From positions 16,864,001-16,928,000 of the forward strand of contig OX597827.1 in NCBI GenBank assembly GCA_951406725.2: a stretch of 64,000 bases of DNA, written 5' to 3'. The notes under the pieces are model-generated. The model ran no database searches. It was given only the letters and a program-made list of their open reading frames with translations, and had not been told where the DNA came from. Below are positions 38,629-51,158 of this stretch, in pieces; the first letter of the stretch is position 1; every line of letters starts with the position of its first letter. The DNA is from Octopus vulgaris (lineage: Eukaryota). Made by a program: the position numbers and the translations under genes.

Positions 38629-38799
38629 GGAATAACAGATGAGGTCACCACAAAGAGACATCTGTACGTCATTGAATTATGGTGATAGACGCTTGTACAA
38701 CGAGAGTACCACTCTCCGAGTCTCTGTGAGTAGTACCTAGTCAATAGCGAGATAACTAGTAAATCTCAGGCCTGCAAGAAAAAAAAAAAAAAAACAACG

Positions 38800-38957
38800 T
38801 GAGGACGTGGTACAGATACTGTGTTATTGAACGCTCAGGAAAGGAAAGCAAAGAAAGAGGATTTCACATTTTCTATATTTCGAGCAGAAATATAGAAAAA
38901 GTCCAAAGTAGGGAAGATGGAGAAAGAAAATCGCCAACGATACACACGCGGTCACAT
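38800..38957 (-). repeat. degraded homolog of the 54930-55133 element, hammerhead part deleted
   Basis: GACCGCG.GTGTA.CGTTGGCGATTTT and TTTCCTGAGCGT.CAATAA shared. Confidence 0.6.
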
Positions 38958-39077
38958 ATTAAATTACCGAAAGGGAATGGGTGAAGAAAAAGTTCTCCCT
39001 GTCATAGAAGAATGCTGTGACAACAGCTAGGGGTCCCGCACTGCCAGGTGCTTTATCGCGCTCTTGTACCAATATAT

Positions 39078-39457
39078 TCTCTTTACTCTCTTTTACTCTC
39101 TTTTATTTGTTTCAGTCATTTGACTGCGGCCATGCTGGAGCACCGCCTTTAATCGAGCAACTGGACGCCGGGACTTATTCTTTTGTTTTTTGTAAGTCCA
39201 GTACTTATTCTATCGGTCTCTTTTGCCGAACCGCTAAGTAACGGGGACATAAACACGCCAGCATCGGTTGTCAATTAATGCTAGGGGGACAAATACAGAC
39301 ACACAAACATACACGCACAGTTTCCATCTACCAAATCCACTCACAAGGCTTTGGCTATAGTAGAAGACAGATGCCCAAGGCGCCACGCAGTGGGACTGAT
39401 CCCGGAACCATGTTTGTTGGTAAGCAAGCTACTTAGCACATACCCACGCCTGCGCCT
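39078..39457 (-). mobile_element. SINE family B with internal deletions
   Basis: colinear with the other B copies. Confidence 0.85.
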
Positions 39458-39509
39458 GGATAGCACATATATATAATATCGTTCGACACTTACGTATATA
39501 TGTATATAT

Positions 39510-39571
<62 letters not shown>

Positions 39572-39649
39572 GACAAAAACTCGCATCTTGGAGGACTTGG
39601 AGATTTTATTACCAATCTACAATGCCTACTTACTTTTCACCCACTCTGA

Positions 39650-39693
<44 letters not shown>

Positions 39694-39696
<3 letters not shown>

Positions 39697-40122
39697 ACTT
39701 ATAAACACGGGCAATAGAAAAATTATTTCTATGCCAATATGGTGAGAACAGACTTTAAATCGTCAATTTCCACATTTATAATATACATTCACTATAGATA
39801 CACGTCGTACTGAAATCGAGGAAGGCGGGCCAACAGAATTTGTTTTAAAAGTTCGTTATTTCTATAGTGAATCAATTTCGAAATTAATCCTACGGATTTT
39901 TCCCTCTTCAGTAGAAAATACGATAAGAAATAAATGAAATACCTACACGCACCCATGCAAAAAAGCAAAAGCAAGAGTCATGAGTACACATAAGTATATC
40001 TAAATGTAAAATCCTTTAGTCAGCCTCAGTACAGGTGTGGACTATTCTGAAATATAACTTATAGTAGTTACCAGTATATTGGCATTGAAATAATTTTTCT
40101 ATTTCCCTTGTTTATAAGTTGT
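39694..40122 (-). mobile_element. (TA)n-anchored element with 47-bp inverted ends and a hammerhead-like motif (39859-39917)
   Basis: inverted arms 39694-39740 and 40076-40122 (3 mismatches); minus strand TTTCTA CTGAAGA G GGAA..AATCC gta GGATT..TTTC GAAA TTGATTCA CTA TAGAAA. Confidence 0.65.
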
Positions 40123-40439
40123 TTATAATTTTAACCTTTATAGGTATTTTAATATGGTGCAACTTTTGATGAAATTTTTTCTGAAAAAGATTTTATCCTA
40201 TATTATTAGTACTAGATTATATATATATATATATATTCTATAATTATAAACATAATTATAGAATATTTGTATAATTTTACCTAAAAAAGCTTATTTTAAC
40301 GTACCGAACTACTTGGTAAAATTATTAATCATTAATTAATTAATTTTATCCGTTTATTATTATTGAAATATATATATACACACCTTATACACCTCCTCTA
40401 TTGTGTAACCACACAAATAAAAATCACAAGGAGTGAGAT

Positions 40440-40845
40440 CTGGACATCTGGACCTCTGCGGTCACAGTCTTCAGGTTGTCGCTCCTTCATGTAATGTGGT
40501 TTCCACGGACGAAAATTCAGTTCTTTATGCAAATCCGGACGTATTGTGTGTCTTCTTAGTCCTCTTTCACGAGCTGCCTGATATCTTGATTTTTGCGGGC
40601 TGCGCTTAAACAATGTGTGTACTCTTGCCACGTTCTCCGCTGATCGGGATGTGGTTGGACGGCCACTACTTCTTGAATCGTTCACAGACCCTGTGGTAAT
40701 CAGCTTTGCATAACAACTTGTTATTTTCTCTGGACGTCGTATTGCATGCCTACCTTTCCATACACGCCACCATCAATGGAATTCCACAATTCATAGCACG
40801 CTGCTATCTTAAGTCGTTCCTGAAAAGTAAATCGACTAACGATCT
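40440..40845 (-). pseudogene. Tc1/mariner-superfamily transposase N-terminal remnant
   Basis: FTFQERLKIAACYELWNS ... SVNDSRSSGRPTTSRSAENVARV...RSPQKS..QAARE.GL...IR..LHKELNFRPWK: HTH and GRP-type motifs; frameshifted. Confidence 0.72.
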
Positions 40846-40876
40846 GGAAATTAAGACATAAGATATTTTTTTTTTT

Positions 40877-41124
40877 GGAAGCACTTCGTCGGTTACGACG
40901 ATGAGGGTTCCGGTTGATCCGAATCAACGGAACAGCCTGCTCGTGAAATTAACGTGTAAGTGGCTGAGCACTCCACAGACATGTGCACCCTTAACGTAGT
41001 TCTCGGGGATATTCAGCGTGACACAGAGAGTGACAAGGCCGGCCCCTTTGAAATACAGGTACAACAGAAACAGGAAGTAAGAGTGAGAGAAAGTTGTGGT
41101 GAAAGAGTACAGCAGGGATCACCA
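40877..41124 (-). mobile_element. SINE family A (tail type 2), head missing, joined to a C trimer
   Basis: matches 11297-11545; abuts the C tail at about 41125. Confidence 0.88.
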
Positions 41125-41126
41125 AC

Positions 41127-41731
41127 GTTTCTTATTTCTTTATTCCCCACAAGAGGCTAAACATAGAGGGGACAAACAAAGACAGATAAAGGGATTAAGT
41201 CGGTTACATCCACCCCAGTGCGCAACTGGTACTTAATTTATAGACCCCGAAAGGATGAAAGGCAAAGTCGGCCTCGGCAGAATTTGAACTCAGAACGTAA
41301 CTGCAGACTAAATACCTATTTATTTACTACCCACAAGGGGCTAAAGACAGAGGGGACAAACAAGGACAGACAAACGGATTAAGTCGATTACTTCGACAAC
41401 AGTGCGTAACTGGTACTTAATTTATTGACCCCGAAAGGATGAAAGGCAAAGTTGACCTCGGCGGAATTTGAACTCAGAACGTTAGGCAGACTAAATACCT
41501 ATTTATTTACTACCTACAAGGGGCTAAAGACAGAGGGGACAAACAAGGACAGACAAACGGATTAAGTCGATTACATCGACAACAGTGCGTAACTGGTACT
41601 TATTTAATCGACCCCGAAAGGATGAAAAGCAAAGTCGACCTCGGCGGAATTTGAACTCAGAACCTAGCGGCAGACGAAATACCGCTGAGCATTTCGCCCG
41701 GCGTGCTAACGATTCTGCCAGCTCGCCGCCT
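41127..41731 (-). mobile_element. SINE family C trimer
   Basis: two internal junctions CAGACTAAATACCTATTTATTTACTAC at about 41304 and 41487. Confidence 0.92.
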
Positions 41732-42234
41732 TGCTCAGCCTTTATATTGGCATCATGATTGGATTCTTGACAAAAAAATCGTCATCATTGATCCAACTCG
41801 TATATAAAAAGAATTTAACACCCACTCCCACATACACTAAAATCTCGCGGCAGATGGTGTAATAATTTATGCAAATTGGTTTCTCTTCCTGTCTCTCTCT
41901 TTCCCTCTCTTTCGCTTTCTCATGTACTTACTGCTGGTTCTCATCTTCGTACTCCTCCTCCATCATCCACGTCATGACCGTAATGATCATAATCACCGCC
42001 GTCATAGCCATCGTCGTCGTCGTCGTCGTCATCATCAATATCATACTATGTTCATCATCCAAATACAAACAATAACAAAATAAAAACAAAAACAAAAAAC
42101 GAAACAACAACAACATCCAGAAATATTTTGAAACTGATTACAAATTCACTTCAAACAAAAGGAAATACAATTACTTCATGTTCGATAGCAACACGCAACC
42201 CTGAGGGTATTGAATGTATATTCAACACACACAC

Positions 42235-42372
<138 letters not shown>

Positions 42373-42531
42373 ATTTGTATGCACATTTATTGTGTAAATG
42401 TTGTACTGTCTTAATATGTAAATAAGTGTAGTCCTTTGTAAATGGCCACGGCATTATTTTCATCATAACTTACATTATGTTCGTCTTGTTCTGTAAATAT
42501 ATCACGCATACTCACATATTGAGCACAGCAC

Positions 42532-42536
42532 TAATG

Positions 42537-42603
<67 letters not shown>

Positions 42604-42613
42604 TGATGATGAT
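42532..42613. repeat. (TAA)n/(TGA)n microsatellite
   Basis: visible. Confidence 0.95.
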
Positions 42614-43167
42614 GACGCAGCACCAGGCAGTGGCTCTCATGGCTTCTGATCTTACCTGATTGGAAGAGTTATCATGTACTTTGTTTTGTCTTGGTATGAA
42701 AGATGGGCTACAGCAAATATTCTGCTCAATACTACAGACTTGGCTTGTTAATTGTGTGCCCTTAGCCAGTTGAGCATGTCCCTTGATGGCTGACGATATG
42801 TGCATCTCTGATCACGAGTAGACGTAGTGGGGGAGCATCATAGGCATTTGTTGAGAGGGATTTTTTGGCGTTTGAATAATTCACCTCTGGAAACTTGGGT
42901 GTCTTGTTTATCATCCTTAAACAAACCTGATTCCGGGACCTTTTGAGCGAGATGGACTACCCGACATGAAGAAAATTCTAACAGGGCCCCTCCTGCAAGG
43001 TCATGCGCCATTTATCTTTATATGAAATCACTATGTCGCGCACATATGTTTGTGATGCATGTGCCTGGTGTATCCTTATTGGACGGGTAGCCATGATGGG
43101 TATGTATATTGGGCTTCGTATATTTTACCCCAGTCCACTTTGATGGCATGCACTGCTCTCTCAGTCA

Positions 43168-43237
<70 letters not shown>

Positions 43238-44320
43238 GGAGCTTCATTCTATCAAAAAGGAAAGGAAAACGTTTTCTATTGATCTCATGCAGGATACCCA
43301 AACTGAACAATCCGAGGGAAGTACGGCAACTATTTTGCAAAGATGGTGAAAATAATGGCAACGAAAAAAGCGCACGAGCAATTGGCTGATAGGTGGGAGG
43401 AGAAACCTCTGCACGGCAAATATGTGGCCCGTAGCATACAAGCTGATGTTGACCAAAAGCAAACCCATCAGTGGCTACGGAGCTCAGGGCTAAAAGCAGA
43501 GAGCGAAGGTTTCATCCTGGCTGCTCAAGATCAAAGCCTATTAACCCGGAGCTACCAGGCCAATGTAATGAAATATGGAGCAGACCCAAAATGCCGATTC
43601 TGCAACGACATGATTGAAACAGTGGACCGCCATATCTCTGGATGTAAAGTCTTAGCTCCAGTGGAGTATAAATTAAGACATGACAGAGTTGGCCAATATC
43701 TACACTGGCTAATAAGTCGGCATTACAATATCAAAACTGCCGACAAGTGGTATAATCACCACCCTAAAGATGTAACTGAAGGAGAAAATGTAACGATTCT
43801 GTGGGACTTTCCAGTACATACAGACCGAACTATCAAAGTCAATAAACCGGATATTGTTGTGAAAGACCAAAATAATAAAGTTTGCTTATTGATCGACATG
43901 AGCATCCCCTGTAATCATAATATCTCAGCGAAAGAGTTTGACAAGCTCAGAAAATATAAAGACCTACTCATTGAAATTGAGAAAATGTGGCATCTCAAGG
44001 CGGTTACAATACTAGTGATCGTAGGAGCACTAGGAATGATCAAGAAGGGAACTGAAAATTATATGAGAATGATCCCTGGCTTACCATCCCTGCAAGAAGT
44101 GCAAAAGATTGTCTTAACTGGTACATTACACATATTTAGAAGAGCATTGTCGATTTGAGAACTATTACTACCCATGTATTCTAATTTAACTTTTAAAAAA
44201 AATGAATGAACTAGTGAGTTTAGTTTAATGGCCTACCAATGTATACCATAAGTTTCTTTGCCCTAGGAGTCAGGAAGACACTCGGCAAGAAATGGAAGCA
44301 AATTTGAAAGAAGAAAAAAG
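43238..44320 (+). mobile_element. 5'-truncated R4/Dong-clade non-LTR retrotransposon (zinc knuckle plus restriction-like endonuclease) inserted in (TAA)n
   Basis: 271-aa ORF 43343-44158: KPLHGKY, EGFILAAQDQ, CRFC..ETVDRHISGC, RHD, KPDIVV...LIDMSIP, KYKDL, VIVGALG; (TAA)n on both flanks (43168-43237 and 44322-44352). Confidence 0.92.
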
Positions 44321-44569
44321 ATAACAATAATAATAATAATAACAATAATAATATGAATATTCCTATCTGCTATAGACACAAAGCCTGAAATATTGTGGGA
44401 AGAAGCTAAGTGGATTACATCAAACCCAGTATTCAAATGGTATTTATTTATTTCGGTATTTATTCCATCGACCCCGAAAGGATGGAATGAATTGTCTACC
44501 TCGGTGGTCTTTGAACTTTCAGAGTCAGGACAAATACCAATGCGAATGCGCTATAAGATAGCATCAACC

Positions 44570-45035
44570 AAACTGGGTGGCTCGGCATTGTACCAAAGTT
44601 CCTGTCTTCTTCATCTTGAACATAATCAATGATGTAACAGCTTAGGCTTCAAGAGTTCACAACTTCTTCAAAATTCTTCCAAACGACCTCAGAAATTTGC
44701 GAGGTGTAGATGTGGAGGCTCCATTAGAAATTTTGAACGAACTTTTGGACACATTTTTATCTGAAATACCGGATTATACATTCACTATAGATACATGTGC
44801 TGAAATCGAGGAAAGCGGGCCAACATAATTTTTTTAAAAAGTTCGTTATTTCTATAGTGAATCAATTTCGGAATTAATCCTACGGATTTTTCCCTCTTCA
44901 GTAGAAAATACGATAAGAAATAAATGAAATATCTACACGCACCCATGGAAAAAAGCAAAAGCAACAGTCATGAGTACATTGCGGCATGAGACACAAAGAA
45001 AAGCAGTTTTGTTCAATTCGTTATTTCATCAGAAG
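44570..45035 (+). pseudogene. decayed CR1/L2-group LINE 3' ORF fragment split by the 44776-44978 insert
   Basis: manual reading CNSLGFK...FKILPNDLRNLRGVDVE...LDTFLSEIPD, then after the insert ...NSLFHQ; frameshifts present. Confidence 0.5.
44776..44978 (-). mobile_element. second copy of the 39782-39988 segment, with hammerhead-like motif (44849-44907)
   Basis: about 200 bp nearly identical to 39782-39988; TTTCTA CTGAAGA G GGAA..TTCC GAAA TTGATTCA CTA TAGAAA. Confidence 0.7.
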
Positions 45036-45287
45036 CAATCACGGAAAGACAGCCAATCGCACTAAGATCGGTATCTCAGCATGGTCTCAGCCTCTAGGTG
45101 AACTCAGTAAGGCATTAAAAGATGAGGAGTGAATGAGGAAATAGGAAGACAGACAAAGAGTGGAAGCGTGACAATAATAGAAGTGGATGCGTGTAAATAA
45201 GTGAATGAAAAGGGAACAGAGACTGTGATGTTTAAGTGTCATGCTTAAATGTAGAAGCAAATATTACACACATGAGAATTAAAATAA

Positions 45288-45743
45288 TATACATACATAC
45301 ATACATACATATATACATACATACATACTTACATACATACATACATATATACATACATACATACTTACATACATACATATATACATACTTACATACATAC
45401 ATATATACATATATACATACATACATGCATTCATATATACATACATATACATTCATATATACATACATACATATATACATACATACATATATACATACAT
45501 ACATATATACATACATACATACATACATATATACATACATACACACATGCAGACATACATACATACATACATACATGCATACATATATACATACATACAA
45601 ACATACATATGTACATACATACATATATACATACATACATACATACATACTTACATACATACACACATACATACACACATACATACATACATATATACAT
45701 ACATACAAACATATATACATACATACATACATACATACATACA

Positions 45744-45777
<34 letters not shown>

Positions 45778-45925
45778 CATACATACATACATACATACAT
45801 GCATACATACATATATACATACACACCTGCATACATACATATATACATACATACACACATACATACATACATACATACATACATACATACATACATACAT
45901 ACATACATACATACATACATACATG
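45288..45925. repeat. (CATA)n microsatellite
   Basis: visible. Confidence 0.97.
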
Positions 45926-46340
45926 TATTTTGACTTATTTCCGGTTAAAATTGAAAGTGAAAACAGAAACAACAGAGGCAAAACAACGGCCTGCATTTCC
46001 CTTTACAATTCTATGTTTCGGAGCTGACGACCCTTGATCAAAAGAAAATGGACGACGGTGTCGCATATTGTTTGCCGAGATATGTGCACCTAATTTAAAT
46101 GTATACTGTGGTGAGAGCTAGCTACACAGCGTAATATATTATTAAGCAATGAAACAGAATTAATTTCGACTAACGTTTCAGAGCATAAAGACAGATAAAG
46201 ACCTGCTGCTGAGTATCCATAACTAAAGTTGTAACATATTCACTGGGATAATGATAAATATTGTACTAATGGTGGTTGAATGGCCAAAGGTGAGATTTTA
46301 TCCTGTCAATGCACCTGCTAAGAACAGAAGGAATCTCACC

Positions 46341-46341
46341 C

Positions 46342-46440
<99 letters not shown>

Positions 46441-46460
46441 ATATCTGTATATATATCTAT
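46341..46460. repeat. (CTAT)n microsatellite
   Basis: visible. Confidence 0.95.
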
Positions 46461-46534
46461 TATTTGTATGCTACCAGTAAAGGTGCCATTAGAAGTCGTT
46501 CGAACTGTAAAATAATAGCAAAAAAAACCTCATC

Positions 46535-46639
46535 TAATTGCGATCTACAGTCATAAACGAGAAATGTTTTAGATGTGTTATATATATATATATAAACACA
46601 TCTAACACATTTCTCGTTTATGACTGTAGATCGCAATTA
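46535..46639. repeat. ~105-bp near-perfect palindrome centred on (TA)n
   Basis: TAATTGCGATCTACAGTCATAAACGAGAAATGT.TTAGATGTGTT (TA)n AACACATCTAA.ACATTTCTCGTTTATGACTGTAGATCGCAATTA. Confidence 0.92.
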
Positions 46640-46697
46640 TATATGCATATATAAATAAATGTAAATATAAATAACATAAATATAAATATGTATGTCT

Positions 46698-46769
<72 letters not shown>

Positions 46770-47814
46770 ATATATATATATATATATCTGTGTGTGTGTG
46801 TGTGTGTAAATACATATACGTGGAAGTTACGTGGCCAAGAGTTTAGGGTGTTGTACACTGGAACGTAAGATGGTGGGGTATCGACTCCCATACCGGCGTT
46901 GCATCAGATTAGTCACGAAGTAGTTTAAAATTTATCGCGCACAACATCAAATAAATGCAATAGAGGTACTGCTGGTTGAGCTGGCCTCTGGCTGCGTATA
47001 ACTGATGCTCAATACACGAGAACAATTAATAGAAATTTTATTCACCGCACAAAACATTTTCCATGTTGGTCTAGAATTAATAAATACAACAACAAAGCAT
47101 ACACACTGCAAAAGACAATTCTATAGTTATGACAAAATAGTTGGTTAAAATAGCTTTGTGAATACGCTGTCAAGACTGTACATAAATCATGTCAAATTCA
47201 TGATTGCAATACCGTAGCAGCTGTCTGCTCGGTTGAATAGGTTGTTAAAACGACTGTTAAATGCTGAGAAATGAGAATATTGTTTTCATTAGAGTATGTT
47301 TTTTTCACTCTGAAATTTGGCGCCCAAGACTCGTCTGTTTATAAGCCATGTTAGGAGATGTTTCTAGAATGTTCATGATGGCTTGATGCTGATTGGTCAG
47401 TTAATCGGCGGGTCTTGTAAAATGGCTGTTACTAAACTATGGCTTCAATTTGACAATTTGTCGATTCGGTTTCAAATCTACTGCAGGTTTTTTAGAAAAA
47501 GCATTACATTTTAAATGACTCCAGTTCACTCAGCCGTAAAAAGGTAACCCTGCAACAGACAGGCGTTCCGTTTAAAGAAATGTTGTCCTGCTCACTTTGG
47601 CAGTAAGGTGGTATCTTTCGAAAAGTACAAGACTTCTGCCAAGTGCATTCTGTCCGGCGATATATAACACCACCCGATAGCATATATAATGCAGAGATAT
47701 ATATGCATGTACATACTGTTGTTTAAGCCCCAGGAAGACATCTTTTCCAGCTGGCTATCGACCCACTACTTCGCAATTGGAGCTTCTCTTTTTCTCCGCT
47801 CCAGTGATTTAAAG

Positions 47815-48286
47815 GGATCTTTTCGGTTTTTCGTTTATAGCGAGTATTTTGGATCTTTTCGGTTTGACCGGCAGTTTTTAACAATTTCTAGGTAACTAAA
47901 AAATTTTAAACTTCGTATACTGGTAGAATGTGTTTATAAAACATCTTTTTCTCTTGGCTTTATCGAGAAAAGTCTATAGTTTGTAAGATATTTGTTGTTT
48001 TTTTCTTCAATTTCTGCAATTTCAACCAATCAGTGACGTCTATTGAGTTAAAAAGCATTCTGTGCCGTATGAATATGTCCCTCGTTTAAGAAACAGATTG
48101 GGTTTATTTACATTTGTGAAGAAAAAAAGATACCCTTCCCCCACACCTAACCCTAACCCTAACCCTAGCCCTAACTAACCCTAAAACAGATTGAAATGCA
48201 ATAGATCGATACTAGGGTCATAATTATGGGTGACAATTTCATATGACACCGCTAGAAAAAAACTGCCGTTCAAACCGAAAAGATCC
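47815..48286. mobile_element. MITE with GGATCTTTTC TIRs, 8-bp TSD and internal (CCCTAA)n; related to 14375-14954
   Basis: TSD ATTTAAAG at 47807-47814 and 48287-48294; left terminus duplicated (47815 and 47851); CTAACCCTAACC array at about 48146-48184. Confidence 0.88.
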
Positions 48287-49403
48287 ATTTAAAGGCTCGG
48301 CAAAGCATACCGAAAGAATATATAGCAGGCTTCAGAAAAGGAAAAAAAAGTACAAGGGTGAATAAGTGAAAAAAAAGTACTGGGATGAACTTAGACTAAA
48401 CTTTCGAAGGTGGTGCGTCTTCATGACCACATTCCAGTAAATGAAACAAGTTGAAGATAAAAGTCACATGCTTGCTATAATTCACGTAATTTATGCAAGT
48501 ATCTCTATAATATTAAAACAGAAGTTGGAATCGATATATATATATAAGACAAGTACACGAATGACAAAGAACAGAGCCAGTCTGGAAAGATAAATTATAG
48601 AAAGGCAATAAGACAATATTGTGTGGTTTCTGAGCCAACACATAAATATATCAGCAAAGTAGAATATAGTAAGTGCTACGTGATGTTGTAGAGCCAAAGT
48701 TTTTGTGATTAAAAAGAGCGGTATCTTTTGACAGGAGAATGCGAAAGTTCAGAGGTTAAGTTTTATTTGGACAGGAGATTATTATAATTTTAAGAAAATA
48801 TAATGTTTTTCAAGGATAGTAAATGAAATCTTTATTGGGATTAAAATATAATAAAGTAAAAATTTAGGAAAAAAAAATTATAATGTTCTCTATACCATCT
48901 TTGACATATATAATGATATTTAGAAGTAGAAAAAATAAGATAAAAATGAAACATTTGTAAGGTACCCTGCACGCTCATATACAACCACGTACACTCACTC
49001 AACTTCCATACACCCATACTCACGCAAAACGTCCCCACATTACACACATATACACGACTCATCAAACACCTCCGCCTATACACTCACTCCATCACTCACG
49101 CCTCCACACATTCACCTTTACTCCCACTCACTCTCTTGCTCCTATTCTTCTTTCCTCCATTTTCGCATGGAAACCCCATACCACCCCCACGTTCTCTCAC
49201 ACACGTACACCCCCTCCCACATACACCCTTTCCACGCACTCACACCTCCCACTCACGCCTCCACACTTTTACCTGCACTCATACACATCCTCCTACCCTT
49301 ACTCATTTCCCTTCACACAGCTATGGACACTCATCTACGCTTCTACACTCAGTCCAGCCTCTTCTTTCCACCCACACCTTATCTCTCTCTTTCACTCACG
49401 CTC

Positions 49404-49448
<45 letters not shown>

Positions 49449-50884
49449 AATACACACTCTCGAGCAAACAACGGAGTCTAAACGTGTTTGGTAGTTCGAT
49501 TTGGTTCGATCTACTAGAAAGGGTGCTGAAGTCTCATCGAAACCATACTCTAGAAATCACACAAAGAGGAAGGTCACACTATATAATATGGTCCAGTATA
49601 CTCTAAGGCTAGGGAAAAGACAGGATGGTTACGGCTGCAAAGCTTTTTCTTCCTAGTCAAAAGGCTACTTTGCCCGACGAAGATTGAGTGGAGCAAAAGA
49701 ACAGCAACGAATTAGTTCTTGACAATTGAATGGTCATGAGTGGAAGGCATTTGGTCAAATAAACAATTTAGTAACCATTAGAAATAGAAGTTCTATCTCT
49801 TGGTATATATAGGATTTATGTCGGTCAAGCTGTCCTTGTTTCTACATACGAATACGTAGGTCCTGGAACATTTTTTTTGTTTAGCAAAACTAGTGGTTGC
49901 TTATGCATACAAATTTCCACTCGTTGCGCCGTCAGTTTTTATCCAAGAGGAAGACTGCTAAATTGGGACGATATAACTTAGCGGAATGTCTTCACAGGCA
50001 TTGCTGTCAGAACGCAAAATGTCAGAAGAGATACCGCTAGGCATCTTATTCCACTCTCAAACTCTTTCACTAATCCAACATCCTGGACTTGTATTTTATT
50101 ATCGACTTCGAACAAATGAAAAATACAAAATTAATCGCGATCGGAAATTGAACTCAAAGAGCAAAGAGTCGGAATTGATATAGCAAGATATATGATTCCA
50201 CATTCTAAGGATTCTGCCTATTCGTCATCTTTGCTCAGCATTGCCTGCATACTACATAAGGCTGCAATTTTAGATCAGTATAACTTCAATACCCTATAAG
50301 GCAGCTTACACAGCATAGCGTTTGTACACTCACCTCGCAATATCTTATACGCTCACTATACAATACGTAACCATAATATACTATCAAGTACATTAACATT
50401 TAGCATACTGCATTTTCTCTACAATTGTTTCCCCTGTCACTGCCATGTTACTATAGGGGAGGAAACTCATACTGTCGCGTGATGCACCAACAGTGTGCTA
50501 AAGGTTAAAGACTTATAAGTCAAAATTATTCCCCCAGTTAGCAGTGATACTACAGAAATTAGAGCCAGCATTGATTTGTTACAATATAACGAGTGTATAT
50601 GCATATTTCAGGAGATCTTGATCCTTCTCCAAGACCACATCCAACCCATTAAGCATTCGAGAACTCATTGCTTAAATAACACCCAAATATAGCAGCAGAA
50701 TTGATTGGATATACCGATTTTACTTAAGAAACACTTTCCTGGCAATTGGTACGTGCATATTAATTACTGGTAGGGACACCGCAATTTGTTATGTGACCAT
50801 AATATATAAGCAAGTAAACCTGTAGAAATTACGGTCAGAACTGGTTTGTTACGACTAGAAATTAGAGCCAGAACTGGTTTGTTG

Positions 50885-50964
<80 letters not shown>

Positions 50965-51004
50965 TTATGCACGTGTCTTCGTCATTTGTTTTACTGTAAA
51001 TTTC

Positions 51005-51056
<52 letters not shown>

Positions 51057-51158
51057 CAAACCATATATAGCGAGTGCGACGATTTGAAAATTTTAGGTCA
51101 GATATAAACTTGGCAAGGTCGGAAATGCCTCGTGAAAATATCTGTTCCGACTTGGGCT

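Noticed and set aside
48146-48184. True telomere or chromosome-fusion scar
   Set aside because: The short CCCTAA tract is internal to a TIR/TSD-bounded MITE family
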